From the NCBI GenBank assembly GCA_028404565.1, contig JAOOBR010000004.1, forward strand, positions 1,827 to 65,826: a stretch of DNA of 64,000 bases, written 5' to 3'. The stretch comes from Pseudomonadota bacterium. Its GTDB lineage: Bacteria; Pseudomonadota; Gammaproteobacteria; Magnimaribacterales; D2472. Shown here in pieces: positions 32,121 through 42,601 of this stretch. Both the position numbers and the translations under genes were made by a program. A model generated the notes under the pieces. The model saw only the letters and a list, made by a program, of their open reading frames with translations, had not been told where the DNA came from and ran no database searches. Numbering within the stretch: position 1 is the stretch's first letter; each line of letters begins with the position of its first letter.

Positions 32121-33101
32121 ATGAATAAATTAAACTATATCGTTTTAGTACTTTTAGTATCAAGCTGTGCTTCTTTAACTGGACCTGAAGGTGCTTTTCC
32201 CGACACTAAATATGATTTTTTAGATGAAGAGTTATCAGATGATGTTGTAACTACTGATGATCTTGAATTAAATACTGAAGAGGATCATTACCCAATTGAT
32301 ATTGCTTCAAAAGATACTGTCTTCCAAGAAGTTCCAAAGCCTAGACAAATCTTTTCAGCAGGTGGTGCCAGCGAAGTCCAACTTAGAAGATTGGGAGAAT
32401 TACTGTGGATTTATGTTGAAACTCTTCCTTCAACAACCTGGCCAATAACTAGAAGTTATTGGGAAACTTCTGAGTTTGAACTTCTTGATGCTAATCCAGA
32501 GACAGGTGTAATGCTAGTTGATTTTAATGATGAGATTAATTTCAAGATTACAATTGAGCATGGAATTAAGGAATCTTCATCAGAAATATTTTTATCTGGT
32601 GTTCAAAAAGATGAAGAAACCTTAGTTGAGCTTGACCAAGAAGAAATACAGCCTTACCTTGAAGATATAGTTAACTACATTGCAGACTCAGTAGGAACTT
32701 TTTCAGGAACATCTCTTGCAGCTCAATCACTTAATGATAGAAAGAAATCTAGGATTTTCTCAGAAAATGAAAGAACTGTAATTGAGCTTGATTTAAATTT
32801 TGAAAGAGCGTGGTCTACAGTAAGTAGAGCAATAAATTCCTCCCAAATTATTTCTAATGATAGAAATAGGGAAGAGGGTATATTTTATGTCAGCTTGTCT
32901 GCAGAGGAAGAATCAAATGAATCAAGATTTAATCCTTTTTCTTTCTTGAGAAGAAATCCATCAGAACAAATTGCTGATCCAGAATATATAATTTTAGTAT
33001 CTCAATCTGGTTCAAAGACCTTAATTAAGGCTGAAGCTATGACAGGTAATATCCAAGATGCTGAGGATTTGCTTTCAATACTAAATGAATCACTAAGTTA
33101 A
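32121..33101 (+). CDS. bamC: Outer-membrane assembly lipoprotein BamC (NlpB)
   Basis: Lipobox VSSC, VPKPR, FERAWSTV, DRNREEGIFYV; precedes purC. Confidence 0.8.
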   Translation: MNKLNYIVLVLLVSSCASLTGPEGAFPDTKYDFLDEELSDDVVTTDDLELNTEEDHYPIDIASKDTVFQEVPKPRQIFSAGGASEVQLRRLGELLWIYVETLPSTTWPITRSYWETSEFELLDANPETGVMLVDFNDEINFKITIEHGIKESSSEIFLSGVQKDEETLVELDQEEIQPYLEDIVNYIADSVGTFSGTSLAAQSLNDRKKSRIFSENERTVIELDLNFERAWSTVSRAINSSQIISNDRNREEGIFYVSLSAEEESNESRFNPFSFLRRNPSEQIADPEYIILVSQSGSKTLIKAEAMTGNIQDAEDLLSILNESLS

Positions 33102-33110
33102 GGATTTCAA

Positions 33111-33830
33111 ATGGAAAAAGTTAAAGAAATTGCAGCTGGTAAAGCTAAATCAATGTTTACCACCAACAATCCAAATGAATTGATAATGGAGTTCAGAGAT
33201 GATGCTTCTGCATTTGACGGAAAGAAAAGAGCTTCTTTAGCTGGAAAAGGAGCAGTGAACAATCAATTTAATGCATTTATTATGGATTACCTTGGTGATA
33301 ACGGTGTAGATCATCATTTAATTAATCTTATGGATAATACTCATTCTCTTGTGCATAGCCTGGATATGTTTCCTATCGAATGTGTAATAAGGAATAGGGC
33401 TACTGGATCAATATGCAGAAGACTAGGGACAGAAGATGGTTTAATCCTTGAGAAGCCTCTCTTTGAATTCTTCCTAAAAGATGATGATTTAGGTGATCCA
33501 TTAATTAATAGAAATCATATAGTTTCATTTGGATGGGCAAAAGATGATGAGCTAGATGAAATGATCAGTACTTCTCATAAGGTTAATGAACTTTTAACAA
33601 AACTTTTTGCTGATTCAGGAATGATATTAGTTGATTTTAAGCTTGAATTTGGTGTCTCTAGCGGAAAAATCTTGCTAGGCGATGAATTTACTCCAGATGG
33701 TTGCAGATTGTGGGATGATCAAACTCTTGAAAAGCTTGATAAAGATAGATTTAGACAAGATTTAGGAGATGTTATCGAATCCTACCATATGGTTGCACAT
33801 AGATTAGGAATGCAAATAAAAGTTGACTAA
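33111..33830 (+). CDS. purC: SAICAR synthetase
   Basis: GKAK, FRDDASAFDG, VDFKLEFG, DEFTPDGCRLWD, DKDRFR. Confidence 0.97.
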   Translation: MEKVKEIAAGKAKSMFTTNNPNELIMEFRDDASAFDGKKRASLAGKGAVNNQFNAFIMDYLGDNGVDHHLINLMDNTHSLVHSLDMFPIECVIRNRATGSICRRLGTEDGLILEKPLFEFFLKDDDLGDPLINRNHIVSFGWAKDDELDEMISTSHKVNELLTKLFADSGMILVDFKLEFGVSSGKILLGDEFTPDGCRLWDDQTLEKLDKDRFRQDLGDVIESYHMVAHRLGMQIKVD

Positions 33831-33850
33831 TTTAGTCAAGATTCTATAAT
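33819..33850 (+). promoter_or_regulatory. isc promoter with type-1 IscR operator overlapping the purC stop
   Basis: Palindrome TTGACTAA-T-TTAGTCAA (33823-33839) fits the IscR type-1 core GACTRwwwYAGTC. -35 TTGACT at 33823-33828, -10 TATAAT at 33845-33850. Confidence 0.85.
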
Positions 33851-33892
33851 ACATCCCCAATAACACAAGTTATTGGGAAGTATTAAAAAATT

Positions 33893-34327
33893 ATGAAATT
33901 TACTACAAAGAGTAGGTATGCTCTGAATGCTCTTATTGAACTTCATTTGATGGAGATTGATGGACCAGTGAAGGTTTCCAAAATTGCAGATATGCAGTCA
34001 ATTGAAATTACTTATTTGGAGCAACTTTTTAGAAAGTTACGCATTGCTGGTTTGATAGATTCAACTAGAGGAAGAAATGGAGGTTATTTCTTTGCTAAAG
34101 ATCCAACTAAGATCTCCGTTAAAGATATTATGATTGCAGTTGAGGAAGATCTTGATGCAACTAGCTGCTCTGGAGCAAGTGATTGCAGTGATGGTAAAAA
34201 ATGCAGAACTCATACTCTGTGGGCAAGCTTAAATACAGTAGTAGTTAATTACTTAGAAAAAATTACACTCGATACACTTGTTGAAAGCCATGATGATCAC
34301 TATATAAATGTTGTTAATTTACGTTAA
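33893..34327 (+). CDS. iscR: Fe-S cluster regulator IscR
   Basis: Rrf2 HTH ([17 protein letters not shown]) with Cys-x5-Cys-x5-Cys-x2-His ligands. Confidence 0.93.
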   Translation: MKFTTKSRYALNALIELHLMEIDGPVKVSKIADMQSIEITYLEQLFRKLRIAGLIDSTRGRNGGYFFAKDPTKISVKDIMIAVEEDLDATSCSGASDCSDGKKCRTHTLWASLNTVVVNYLEKITLDTLVESHDDHYINVVNLR

Positions 34328-34335
34328 AGGAAGAA

Positions 34336-35556
34336 ATGAGCAAAAGTAAACCAATTTATCTAGACTATGCATCTACAACTCCTGTTGATGAGAGAGTTGC
34401 TGAAAAGATGTTGGAATATATGACATTCAATAACAACTTTGGAAATGCAGCTTCAAGATCTCATTCATTCGGTTGGCAGGCTGATGAGGCTGTTGAGCTA
34501 GCAAGATCGCATGTAGCAAACCTTGTTAATTGTGATCCTAGAGAAATTGTCTGGACTTCTGGAGCCACTGAAGCAGATAATTTAGCTATAAAAGGAATTG
34601 CTAATTTTTACAAAACAAAAGGCAAACACATCATTACTTCCAAGATAGAACACAAAGCAGTTCTCGATCCTTGCAGACAACTTGAAAGACATGGTTTTGA
34701 TGTTACTTACTTAGAGCCAAATGAGGGAGGAGTTATTACTTCAGATGCTGTAAAAGAGGCTATTAGGGAAGATACTATCCTTGTTTCCATAATGCACATA
34801 AATAATGAATTAGGAACAATTAATGACATTGCTTCTATTGGGGAGTTAACAAGAGATAATGGAATATTTTTCCATGTTGATGCGGCTCAAAGCACTGGGA
34901 AAGTCAATATTGATTTATCAACCTTAAAAGTTGATTTGATGTCATTCTCAGCCCATAAGACATATGGACCAAAAGGTGTCGGCGCTTTATTTGTTAGAAG
35001 AAAACCACGAGTAAGGATTGAAGCTCAGATTCATGGAGGTGGCCATGAAAGAGGTATGAGATCTGGAACGCTTGCAACTCATCAAATTGTTGGGATGGGA
35101 GAAGCTTTTAGGCTTGCAAAAGAAGAAATGAAAAGTGATTCTGAAAAAGTCACTGAATTCCATGAATACTTTTTAGAAGAAGTTAAGAAGATCGACGAAA
35201 TATATATTAATGGAGATATACAAAACAAAGTACCTAATATTTTAAATGTAAGTTTTAATTTTATTGAAGGTGAGTCTTTAATCATGGGATTAAAAGATAT
35301 TGCTGTCTCATCAGGTTCAGCATGTACTTCCGCAAGTCTTGAGCCATCATATGTTTTAAGAGCGTTAGGTAGAAAAGATGAGTTAGCGCACAGCTCAATT
35401 AGATTTTCATTTGGCAGATTTACTACAGAAGATGACGTAAGGAATACCCTCAATCTTCTTTCAAATGTAGTTGAGAGATTAAGGGAGCTATCTCCTCTTT
35501 GGGAGATGCATCTTGATGGAATTGATTTGGATACGGTCGAGTGGCAAGCACACTAA
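34336..35556 (+). CDS. iscS: Cysteine desulfurase IscS
   Basis: [27 protein letters not shown]. Confidence 0.98.
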   Translation: MSKSKPIYLDYASTTPVDERVAEKMLEYMTFNNNFGNAASRSHSFGWQADEAVELARSHVANLVNCDPREIVWTSGATEADNLAIKGIANFYKTKGKHIITSKIEHKAVLDPCRQLERHGFDVTYLEPNEGGVITSDAVKEAIREDTILVSIMHINNELGTINDIASIGELTRDNGIFFHVDAAQSTGKVNIDLSTLKVDLMSFSAHKTYGPKGVGALFVRRKPRVRIEAQIHGGGHERGMRSGTLATHQIVGMGEAFRLAKEEMKSDSEKVTEFHEYFLEEVKKIDEIYINGDIQNKVPNILNVSFNFIEGESLIMGLKDIAVSSGSACTSASLEPSYVLRALGRKDELAHSSIRFSFGRFTTEDDVRNTLNLLSNVVERLRELSPLWEMHLDGIDLDTVEWQAH

Positions 35557-35569
35557 ATGGAGGAAAATA

Positions 35570-35974
35570 ATGGCTTATAGTAAAAAAGTTGTAGACAAGT
35601 TTGAAAATACTTTAAAAAATCCTGAAAAATTCAATGTTGGAAGATTTGATCCAAAAGATGGAGATGTTGGAACAGGGATGGTTGGAGCTCCTGCATGTGG
35701 AGATGTAATGAAATTACAAATAAAGTGCAAACAAGAGGGAAACCAACACATCATTGAGGATGTAAAGTTTAAAACATATGGTTGTGGTTCAGCTATAGCA
35801 TCATCAGCGGAACTTGTTGAAATGTTAATTGGCAAGACTCTTGATGAAGCAAAAGAAATTAAGAATAAAGATTTAGCTGAAGTTCTAGAGTTGCCTCCAA
35901 TTAAGATACATTGCTCGGTCTTAGCTGAAGATTCGATTAAGCAAGCTATTGAGGATTATGAGTCTAAACAATAA
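35570..35974 (+). CDS. iscU: Fe-S scaffold IscU
   Basis: MAYSKKV, GAPACGDVM, YGCGSAIAS, LPPIKIHC; GGAGG RBS. Confidence 0.97.
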   Translation: MAYSKKVVDKFENTLKNPEKFNVGRFDPKDGDVGTGMVGAPACGDVMKLQIKCKQEGNQHIIEDVKFKTYGCGSAIASSAELVEMLIGKTLDEAKEIKNKDLAEVLELPPIKIHCSVLAEDSIKQAIEDYESKQ

Positions 35975-36315
35975 TGCAGAGTTTCAATCCCTCAAGTATT
36001 TCATTTACTGACGCTGCAGTTAACCACTTTAAAAATTCTTTAAATGATAAGCCTGAAAGCTTTGGAATAAGAATTGGTGTCAGGGAAGCAGGTTGCTCCG
36101 GATATGAATATTTCTTCGAATACACAAATGAAGAACAAGAGGGAGATATCTTATTTGATAAATCATCCTTTAAGATCTATGTTGACAGCAATAGTTTTGA
36201 ATTCTTGAAAGGAAGTGAAGTTGATTTTGTATCAACTGGACTTAATCAAGGTATTATTTTCAACAATCCTAACGCAAAAGTTACATGTGGTTGTGGCGAA
36301 AGCTTTAGTATTTGA
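35974..36315 (+). CDS. iscA: A-type Fe-S carrier IscA
   Basis: GCSG and CGCGESF. Confidence 0.93.
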   Translation: MQSFNPSSISFTDAAVNHFKNSLNDKPESFGIRIGVREAGCSGYEYFFEYTNEEQEGDILFDKSSFKIYVDSNSFEFLKGSEVDFVSTGLNQGIIFNNPNAKVTCGCGESFSI

Positions 36316-36316
36316 T

Positions 36317-36655
36317 ATGCCAAAGGTAAAGATCTTACCGCATCCAGAAATTTGTCCTGAGGGCGCAGAATTTGAACTTAATGATGACGAGTCTCTTTGT
36401 GAGGGAGCTCTAAGAAATGGTTTAAAAATTGAACACGCTTGTGAACTATCTTGTGCATGCACAACCTGCCACTGTATTGTAAGAGAGGGTTTTGAGTCAT
36501 TGGAAGAGCCCTCTGAAACTGAGGAGGACATGCTTGATAAAGCTTGGGGATTAGAACCTCAGTCACGTCTAAGTTGTCAGATTTATCCTGGTAAAAAGGA
36601 TCTTGTTGTTGAGCTTCCAAAATATACAGTTAATCAAGTATCGGAAGAAATATGA
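36317..36655 (+). CDS. fdx: ISC 2Fe-2S ferredoxin
   Basis: MPKVKILPH, IEHACELSCACTTCH, SRLSCQ. Confidence 0.95.
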   Translation: MPKVKILPHPEICPEGAEFELNDDESLCEGALRNGLKIEHACELSCACTTCHCIVREGFESLEEPSETEEDMLDKAWGLEPQSRLSCQIYPGKKDLVVELPKYTVNQVSEEI

Positions 36656-36855
36656 AAGATCTATTTTGGCAAGATATAACTGATATAGCTATTGAGTTGA
36701 GTGAAAATTATGAAGAAATAGATCCACAATGGATAAGTTTTCCAGACCTTCATCAAAAAATATGTGATTTAGATTGCTTCAAAGATGATCCCAGCAGATC
36801 AAATGAAAAGATTTTAGAAGCAATTCAGATGGCATGGATAGATGAAACTCAATAA
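36652..36855 (+). CDS. iscX: Fe-S assembly protein IscX
   Basis: WQD..DIAIEL, F.DL, SNEKILEAIQMAWIDE. Confidence 0.94.
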   Translation: MKDLFWQDITDIAIELSENYEEIDPQWISFPDLHQKICDLDCFKDDPSRSNEKILEAIQMAWIDETQ

Positions 36856-36888
36856 ATTCCCTATAATACCGTTTTTTTGGAGAAGAAT

Positions 36889-37299
36889 ATGGCCATTCAG
36901 CGAACACTATCAATAATTAAACCAGATGCCGTTGCTAAAAATGTTATTGGTGAAATTATATCTAGATTTGAAAAAAATAATCTAAAAATTATTGCTGCCA
37001 AATTAATTACTTTGTCTGCTTCTGATGCTGGTGGTTTTTATGCTGAGCATAAGGGTAAGCCTTTTTATGATGATTTAATTGAATTTATGACTTCAGGACC
37101 TGTTTTTATTCAAGTTTTGGAGGGCGAAGATGCAATTAGCAAAAATAGAGAGCTAATGGGAAACACTGATCCATCTAAAGCAGATCTTGGAACAATAAGA
37201 GCAGACTTTGCAAAGACGATTGATGCAAATGCCGTTCATGGATCAGATTCAGAAATAAGCGCTGAAAGAGAAATAGCTTTCTTCTTTAGTGATTTATAA
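36889..37299 (+). CDS. ndk: Nucleoside diphosphate kinase
   Basis: [26 protein letters not shown]. Confidence 0.97.
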   Translation: MAIQRTLSIIKPDAVAKNVIGEIISRFEKNNLKIIAAKLITLSASDAGGFYAEHKGKPFYDDLIEFMTSGPVFIQVLEGEDAISKNRELMGNTDPSKADLGTIRADFAKTIDANAVHGSDSEISAEREIAFFFSDL

Positions 37300-37302
37300 A
37301 AA

Positions 37303-38397
37303 ATGCCTCAAAAAAATAATCTTTTAGGACTTACTCGTGAAGAACTCCAAGATTATTTGATTTCTCTTGATGAAAAACCATACCGCGGTCTACAAATATT
37401 TGAATGGATTCATAATAGAGGTGTTATAGATTTTGATTCCATGACAAATTTAGGTAGAGATTTAATTAGAAAACTTAACCTCAATTCAGTCATAAAAGTT
37501 CCTGAGGTAGTTAATGTAAGCACTTCGTCAGAGGGCACAAAAAAGTTTCTTTTAAAATTAGATAATGATTCTTTTATTGAAATGGTGAAAATACCTGAAA
37601 AAAAAAGACAAACCCTTTGCATCTCTTCACAAGCAGGTTGTGCCTTGCAATGTACTTTTTGTGCTACTGGGTATCATGGGTTTAAAAGAAACTTAACCTC
37701 TGCAGAAATCATTAGTCAGCTGTGGCTAGCAAATTATTATGAAGATAATTCAGGAAGAATTTCAAATGTAGTCTTCATGGGAATGGGAGAGCCTTTGATG
37801 AATACTGAGAATGTCCTTAAAACTATCAAAATAATGCAAGATCAGAAATGTTACTCTTTATCCAAGAGAAGAATTACTTTAAGTACATCTGGAATAGTTC
37901 CAGAGATAGAAGCTATAACTGGAAAAACAGATGTTTCTTTAGCTATTTCATTGCATGCATCAAATGATGATCTTAGGAATAAGATCGTTCCAATCAATAA
38001 AAAATATCCTATTAAGGATTTATTAGCCAGCTCCAAAAGGTATTTGAACTCACTAAATAGTAAATCCCACATAACAATTGAATATATTCTTATAAATAAT
38101 GTAAATGATTCGATTGAGGATGCGTTTAATTTAGTAAATTTATTGTCAGATTTAAAATGTAAAATAAATCTAATACCATTTAATCCCTTTCCTGAGTCTG
38201 ATTATGAAAGATCAACTAACGAAAAAGTTAAGGCTTTCAAAGATTATCTAATTGAGCATAATTTTATCGCTACAGTAAGAGTCACAAGAGGTGATGAAAT
38301 TGATGGAGCTTGTGGGCAGTTAGTTGGAAAGTTGATAAATCCAATTGGCTCTAAAAAGCTGAAGAATAAGCAAATCATAGCCCAAAACCTCCATTAA
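37303..38397 (+). CDS. rlmN: Dual-specificity RNA methyltransferase RlmN
   Basis: CISSQAGCALQCTFC, MGMGEPL, GACGQL. Confidence 0.96.
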   Translation: MPQKNNLLGLTREELQDYLISLDEKPYRGLQIFEWIHNRGVIDFDSMTNLGRDLIRKLNLNSVIKVPEVVNVSTSSEGTKKFLLKLDNDSFIEMVKIPEKKRQTLCISSQAGCALQCTFCATGYHGFKRNLTSAEIISQLWLANYYEDNSGRISNVVFMGMGEPLMNTENVLKTIKIMQDQKCYSLSKRRITLSTSGIVPEIEAITGKTDVSLAISLHASNDDLRNKIVPINKKYPIKDLLASSKRYLNSLNSKSHITIEYILINNVNDSIEDAFNLVNLLSDLKCKINLIPFNPFPESDYERSTNEKVKAFKDYLIEHNFIATVRVTRGDEIDGACGQLVGKLINPIGSKKLKNKQIIAQNLH

Positions 38398-38464
38398 TTT
38401 TTATCTTATTGCTTCGGATTATTTTGTAACTAACATATACTACTTTTTAAATTTATAAAAAATC

Positions 38465-39562
38465 GTGACTAATTGGATAAAAAGAAAACCTACTAAACTT
38501 GTGACGGTTGGTAATGTTAAAGTTGGGGATTCAAATCCAATTTCCGTGCAGTCCATGACAAACACAAATACATGTGATGTGAATGGAACAATCAATCAAA
38601 TTAATAGTCTTGTTGCGGCTGGAGCAGATATTGTCAGAGTATCGGTACCAGATAAAGATTCGGCATCAGCATTTAAAAAAATTAAAAAAGCTGTATCAAT
38701 TCCTCTTGTCGCTGATATTCATTTTGATTATATGCTTGCTATAGAGGTTGCAGATTCAGCAGATTGTTTAAGGATCAACCCTGGGAATATTGGTAAAGAG
38801 AAAAAGGTGATAGAGGTTATTAATGCTGCAAAGCATAATGGAGTTCCAATAAGGGTTGGTGTAAATGCAGGCTCTCTTGAGAAAGACCTTCAAAAGAAGT
38901 ATGGAGAACCAAACTCAGATGCTTTAGTTGAATCGGCACAAAGGCATATTGATATTCTTGCAAAACACGATTTTGATCACTATAAAATGAGTCTTAAGGC
39001 ATCTAATATTGAAATGACCGTTGATGCATATAGGAAAATATCAAATCTAATAGATCAGCCTCTTCATTTGGGGATTACCGAGGCCGGAAGCTTCAGGGGA
39101 GGAACTGTAAAATCTTCAATTGGTGTTGGAATGTTGTTGTCTGAAGGTATTGGAGACACCATTAGAATATCCCTTGCATCAGATCCCGTTGATGAAATAA
39201 AGGTTGGGTGGGATATTCTAAAAAGTCTTAATCTCAGAAGTAGAGGCGTAAAAATAATTGCTTGCCCAAGCTGCTCTAGGCAGAATTTTAATGTTATTGA
39301 GGTAGTTAATGAGCTTGAATCAAGATTTGAGGATATTTCAGAAGACTTAGAGGTAGCGATAATTGGATGTTATGTAAACGGTCCAGGAGAATCTAAAGCA
39401 GCTGACATAGGTCTCACAGGAGCAAGTCCAAATAATCTTTTGTATATTAATGGGCTACCCTCTAAAAAACTCACAAATGAAGAGCTTGTAGATGAAATAG
39501 AGTCACAGGTAAGAGATAAAATTAATTCATCATCATCTGATACAATTATTGCAAGAGGATAA
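38465..39562 (+). CDS. ispG: HMBPP synthase IspG
   Basis: [33 protein letters not shown]; GTG start. Confidence 0.97.
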   Translation: MTNWIKRKPTKLVTVGNVKVGDSNPISVQSMTNTNTCDVNGTINQINSLVAAGADIVRVSVPDKDSASAFKKIKKAVSIPLVADIHFDYMLAIEVADSADCLRINPGNIGKEKKVIEVINAAKHNGVPIRVGVNAGSLEKDLQKKYGEPNSDALVESAQRHIDILAKHDFDHYKMSLKASNIEMTVDAYRKISNLIDQPLHLGITEAGSFRGGTVKSSIGVGMLLSEGIGDTIRISLASDPVDEIKVGWDILKSLNLRSRGVKIIACPSCSRQNFNVIEVVNELESRFEDISEDLEVAIIGCYVNGPGESKAADIGLTGASPNNLLYINGLPSKKLTNEELVDEIESQVRDKINSSSSDTIIARG

Positions 39563-39563
39563 T

Positions 39564-40811
39564 ATGGATAAAATAAGCTCAATCAGAGGGATGCCTGATG
39601 TTTTCGAATCTGATACAAATTATCTTGCAGAATTAAACGAAGTACTAAGTAAAATATTCCTTTCTCATAATCTTAATGAGGTAAATACTCCAATTTTAGA
39701 ACAAACAGAACTATTTGTTAGATCCACTGGGGTAACATCAGATATTGTAAATAAAGAAATTTACAGTTTTAACGATCGCAATGAACAAAGTCTTTCATTA
39801 AGACCGGAAGGAACAGCTGGTGTAGTAAGATCAATAGTACAAAAGAAACTTGATAATGCTGAGCATAAACTTTGGTATCAAGGCCCAATGTTTAGATATG
39901 AAAGACCACAAAAAGGAAGATTTAGGCAGTTCAATCAAGCTGGAGTTGAATTGCTTGGATTTGAAGAAGGCTCTTCAGATTTAGAGATTATTTCGATAGT
40001 TTGCGATATTTTTATTGAATTAGAGCTTGAAGACGCAGTTTTAAGAATTAATCATCTAGGAGATAAAGATACCAAAGAAAAATTTTTATCAGAACTGCTA
40101 AGGTATTTGAAAAGTTACAAGGGTAATCTTAATGAAAATGATAAAGAAAAACTTAACAAAAATCCCCTGAGATTACTTGATTCAAAAGATGTAGATTTAA
40201 AGGAATTTCTTGATAAAGGCCCAAAAATCATAGATTTTCTCTCGCCCGAACAGCTAAATCTTCTTGATAAGATTCAAAGTATTTTTGGTAAATATGTTGA
40301 AATTGAGTTAGATAGCTCCTTGGTAAGAGGACTTGATTATTATACTGGACTTGTATTTGAGGCAGTCTCTTCAAACCTAGGTGCGCAAGACTCTTTCTTG
40401 GGAGGGGGTAGATATGATGATCTATCAAAAGACCTTGGCGGCAAAGAAATGCCTGCTATCGGCTTTGCTATCGGGCTTGAAAGATTAAATCTCATAAAGA
40501 AGCATAAGAATATCAAATCCAATAAAGTAATTTCTTTTGTCACAACCTCTAGCAAAATGAATGCTTTAGCATTTAAAATAGCACAACTTTTGAGAAGTCA
40601 TAATTATGATATTCGACTTGAAACGAATTTCACTGATGCAAGTCTCAAAGCAAAACTTAGAAAGGCAAGCAAGCTTGGTGCTAAATTTGTATTTATAATG
40701 GGAGAAGAAGAATTTGAATCTGACACTATAACTGTTAAGTCATTTGATGAAGACGGCTACCAAGTAAACATGAGTTTTGATGAGATTCTTGATTTTTATA
40801 AAGATATTTAA
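39564..40811 (+). CDS. hisS: Histidine--tRNA ligase
   Basis: RGMPD, LRPEGTA, FRYERPQKGRFRQF, LVRGLDYY, GGGRYD. Confidence 0.97.
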   Translation: MDKISSIRGMPDVFESDTNYLAELNEVLSKIFLSHNLNEVNTPILEQTELFVRSTGVTSDIVNKEIYSFNDRNEQSLSLRPEGTAGVVRSIVQKKLDNAEHKLWYQGPMFRYERPQKGRFRQFNQAGVELLGFEEGSSDLEIISIVCDIFIELELEDAVLRINHLGDKDTKEKFLSELLRYLKSYKGNLNENDKEKLNKNPLRLLDSKDVDLKEFLDKGPKIIDFLSPEQLNLLDKIQSIFGKYVEIELDSSLVRGLDYYTGLVFEAVSSNLGAQDSFLGGGRYDDLSKDLGGKEMPAIGFAIGLERLNLIKKHKNIKSNKVISFVTTSSKMNALAFKIAQLLRSHNYDIRLETNFTDASLKAKLRKASKLGAKFVFIMGEEEFESDTITVKSFDEDGYQVNMSFDEILDFYKDI

Positions 40812-40822
40812 ATAAATTTAAA

Positions 40823-41455
40823 ATGGTTACAGTTAGAAGCGACGAAGAGAGAGTTCAGTCAATAATTAACTTCTTTAAAGATTATAAGTTTTATATTCTT
40901 GCAGTTATTTTGGTTTCAGCAATTTTAGTTGGCGGATATTTCTTTTCAAAAAGCGTTAAATCAAATCAGATTCAGGCTGCAAAAGTGCTTTATGAGGATT
41001 GGCAGGAAACCCAAGTTGAGGAAGATAGAGAACAACTTTTTCAAAATTTAACTGAAAGCTATTCTGATACAGGCTATTCACATTTAGCTCTGTTAAAAAG
41101 GGGATCTGATCTAGCAAAAGAAAATAATTTGGAGGAAAGTCTAGATATTTTTTATCAACTTAAAGAGAATAGTGATGGTTTTTTTGGCAATAATCTTATG
41201 AATGGTATAGCAAGAACCAATATTGCGCGCATTTCAATTGCTCTAGGAAACTTTGAAGATGCCCTTGCAGTTCTTGAAAAATATTCAAATGACGAAGATG
41301 CTTATACTCATGAGCTTAAAGGTGATGCTCTCAGTGGAGTTGGCAATGACGATTTAGCTCTTCAACAGTATCAGAGCGCATTCGAAAAATATACAGATAA
41401 CGGATTAAGAAATCTCGTAGAATTAAAAATAAATAACCTAAATACAAATGAATAA
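40823..41455 (+). CDS. yfgM: Ancillary SecYEG subunit YfgM
   Basis: N-terminal EE...TM, TPR-like helices, ELKGD; between hisS and bamB. Confidence 0.85.
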   Translation: MVTVRSDEERVQSIINFFKDYKFYILAVILVSAILVGGYFFSKSVKSNQIQAAKVLYEDWQETQVEEDREQLFQNLTESYSDTGYSHLALLKRGSDLAKENNLEESLDIFYQLKENSDGFFGNNLMNGIARTNIARISIALGNFEDALAVLEKYSNDEDAYTHELKGDALSGVGNDDLALQQYQSAFEKYTDNGLRNLVELKINNLNTNE

Positions 41456-42587
41456 AATATTCTCACTAATCTTAATATTATCAATAAGCTCATGTTCTTC
41501 TATTGCCTTTTGGCAATCAGATGAAATTGATCCTGATGAGCCTAGAGAACTTGTAGATTTTAATGAGAGATTTGAGTTTACTGAAAATTGGGAAAAAAAG
41601 TTTAAAGGAGAGAATAATCTAAATAATTTCATACCTGCTTTTTCAGGTGGCAGTTTATTTTTTGTTGACCAAGAGGGCAATGTTTCAAATATGGATATCG
41701 AATCTGGAGAAGTCCTTTGGGAGACCGAACTAGAAACAACAATTAGTGCTGGCATTGTGGCTGGATTTGGTAAATTATTTTTATCTGATGATCAAGGTAA
41801 CTTGATCTCTCTTGATCAAGAAGATGGCTCTATTCTGTGGAAATCTTTTGCAGGCGGGGAAGTTCTGGCTAATGTTGATGTTGATGCTGGCCTGGTTATT
41901 GTAAAAACAGCAAGCGGCTTTTTAAATGCCTTTAATATTGAGACGGGTTCTGAAGTGTGGTCATATAGATCAGTAGCGCCTAATCTTACTGTTAGAGGTA
42001 GCAGCTCCCCAGTTATAAATGACAATATAGTTTATGCAACCTTTGATAATGGAAGAATTGGAGCATTTAATCTTAAAACTGGCTTACCTATATGGGATGG
42101 GGCAATATCTTTCACAGAAGGAGTCTCTGAGTTAGATAACTTAATAGATGCTGACTCATCTCCTGTTCTTGAGGGTAGCAGAATTTATACTGTAAATTTC
42201 CAAGGAAACTTATCAGTTTTCGATGCTGCTCAAAGAAGAATGGTTTGGGAATCTAAAGAGTCATCTTTCTATGAGCCATTTATTCTTAGAGGAGTTCTAG
42301 GAATAATTTCTGCTGACTCAAAAATATCTACCTATTCGTCAAGAACTTTCGAGGACTCTTGGAAGCTTGAAGAATATGTCCTGAGAGAGCTCTCAAATCC
42401 TGAAACATTTAAAGGATATATTCTAGTGGGAGATCTTGAGGGTTATATTCATGCTATAGATCCACTTACTGGTATTACTGTAGCTAGAAAGAAAGTATCT
42501 CGAAACAAAATTACAACTTTAATTAGCCGCTCAGATTCTTTTTATGCAATTGATGAAAAGATGAGACTTTTTAGTCTAAGTTTTTAG
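41448..42587 (+). CDS. bamB: Outer-membrane assembly lipoprotein BamB
   Basis: Lipobox ISSC, PQQ-like beta-propeller repeats (GEVLW, LTVRGSSSP). Confidence 0.9.
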   Translation: MNKIFSLILILSISSCSSIAFWQSDEIDPDEPRELVDFNERFEFTENWEKKFKGENNLNNFIPAFSGGSLFFVDQEGNVSNMDIESGEVLWETELETTISAGIVAGFGKLFLSDDQGNLISLDQEDGSILWKSFAGGEVLANVDVDAGLVIVKTASGFLNAFNIETGSEVWSYRSVAPNLTVRGSSSPVINDNIVYATFDNGRIGAFNLKTGLPIWDGAISFTEGVSELDNLIDADSSPVLEGSRIYTVNFQGNLSVFDAAQRRMVWESKESSFYEPFILRGVLGIISADSKISTYSSRTFEDSWKLEEYVLRELSNPETFKGYILVGDLEGYIHAIDPLTGITVARKKVSRNKITTLISRSDSFYAIDEKMRLFSLSF

Positions 42588-42601
42588 AATGGGTTTCAGT
42601 C

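Noticed and set aside
40454-40478. Short tandem repeat TGCTATCGGCTT/TGCTATCGGGCTT in hisS
   Set aside because: It encodes the conserved AIGFAIGL motif-3 region; only two imperfect copies.
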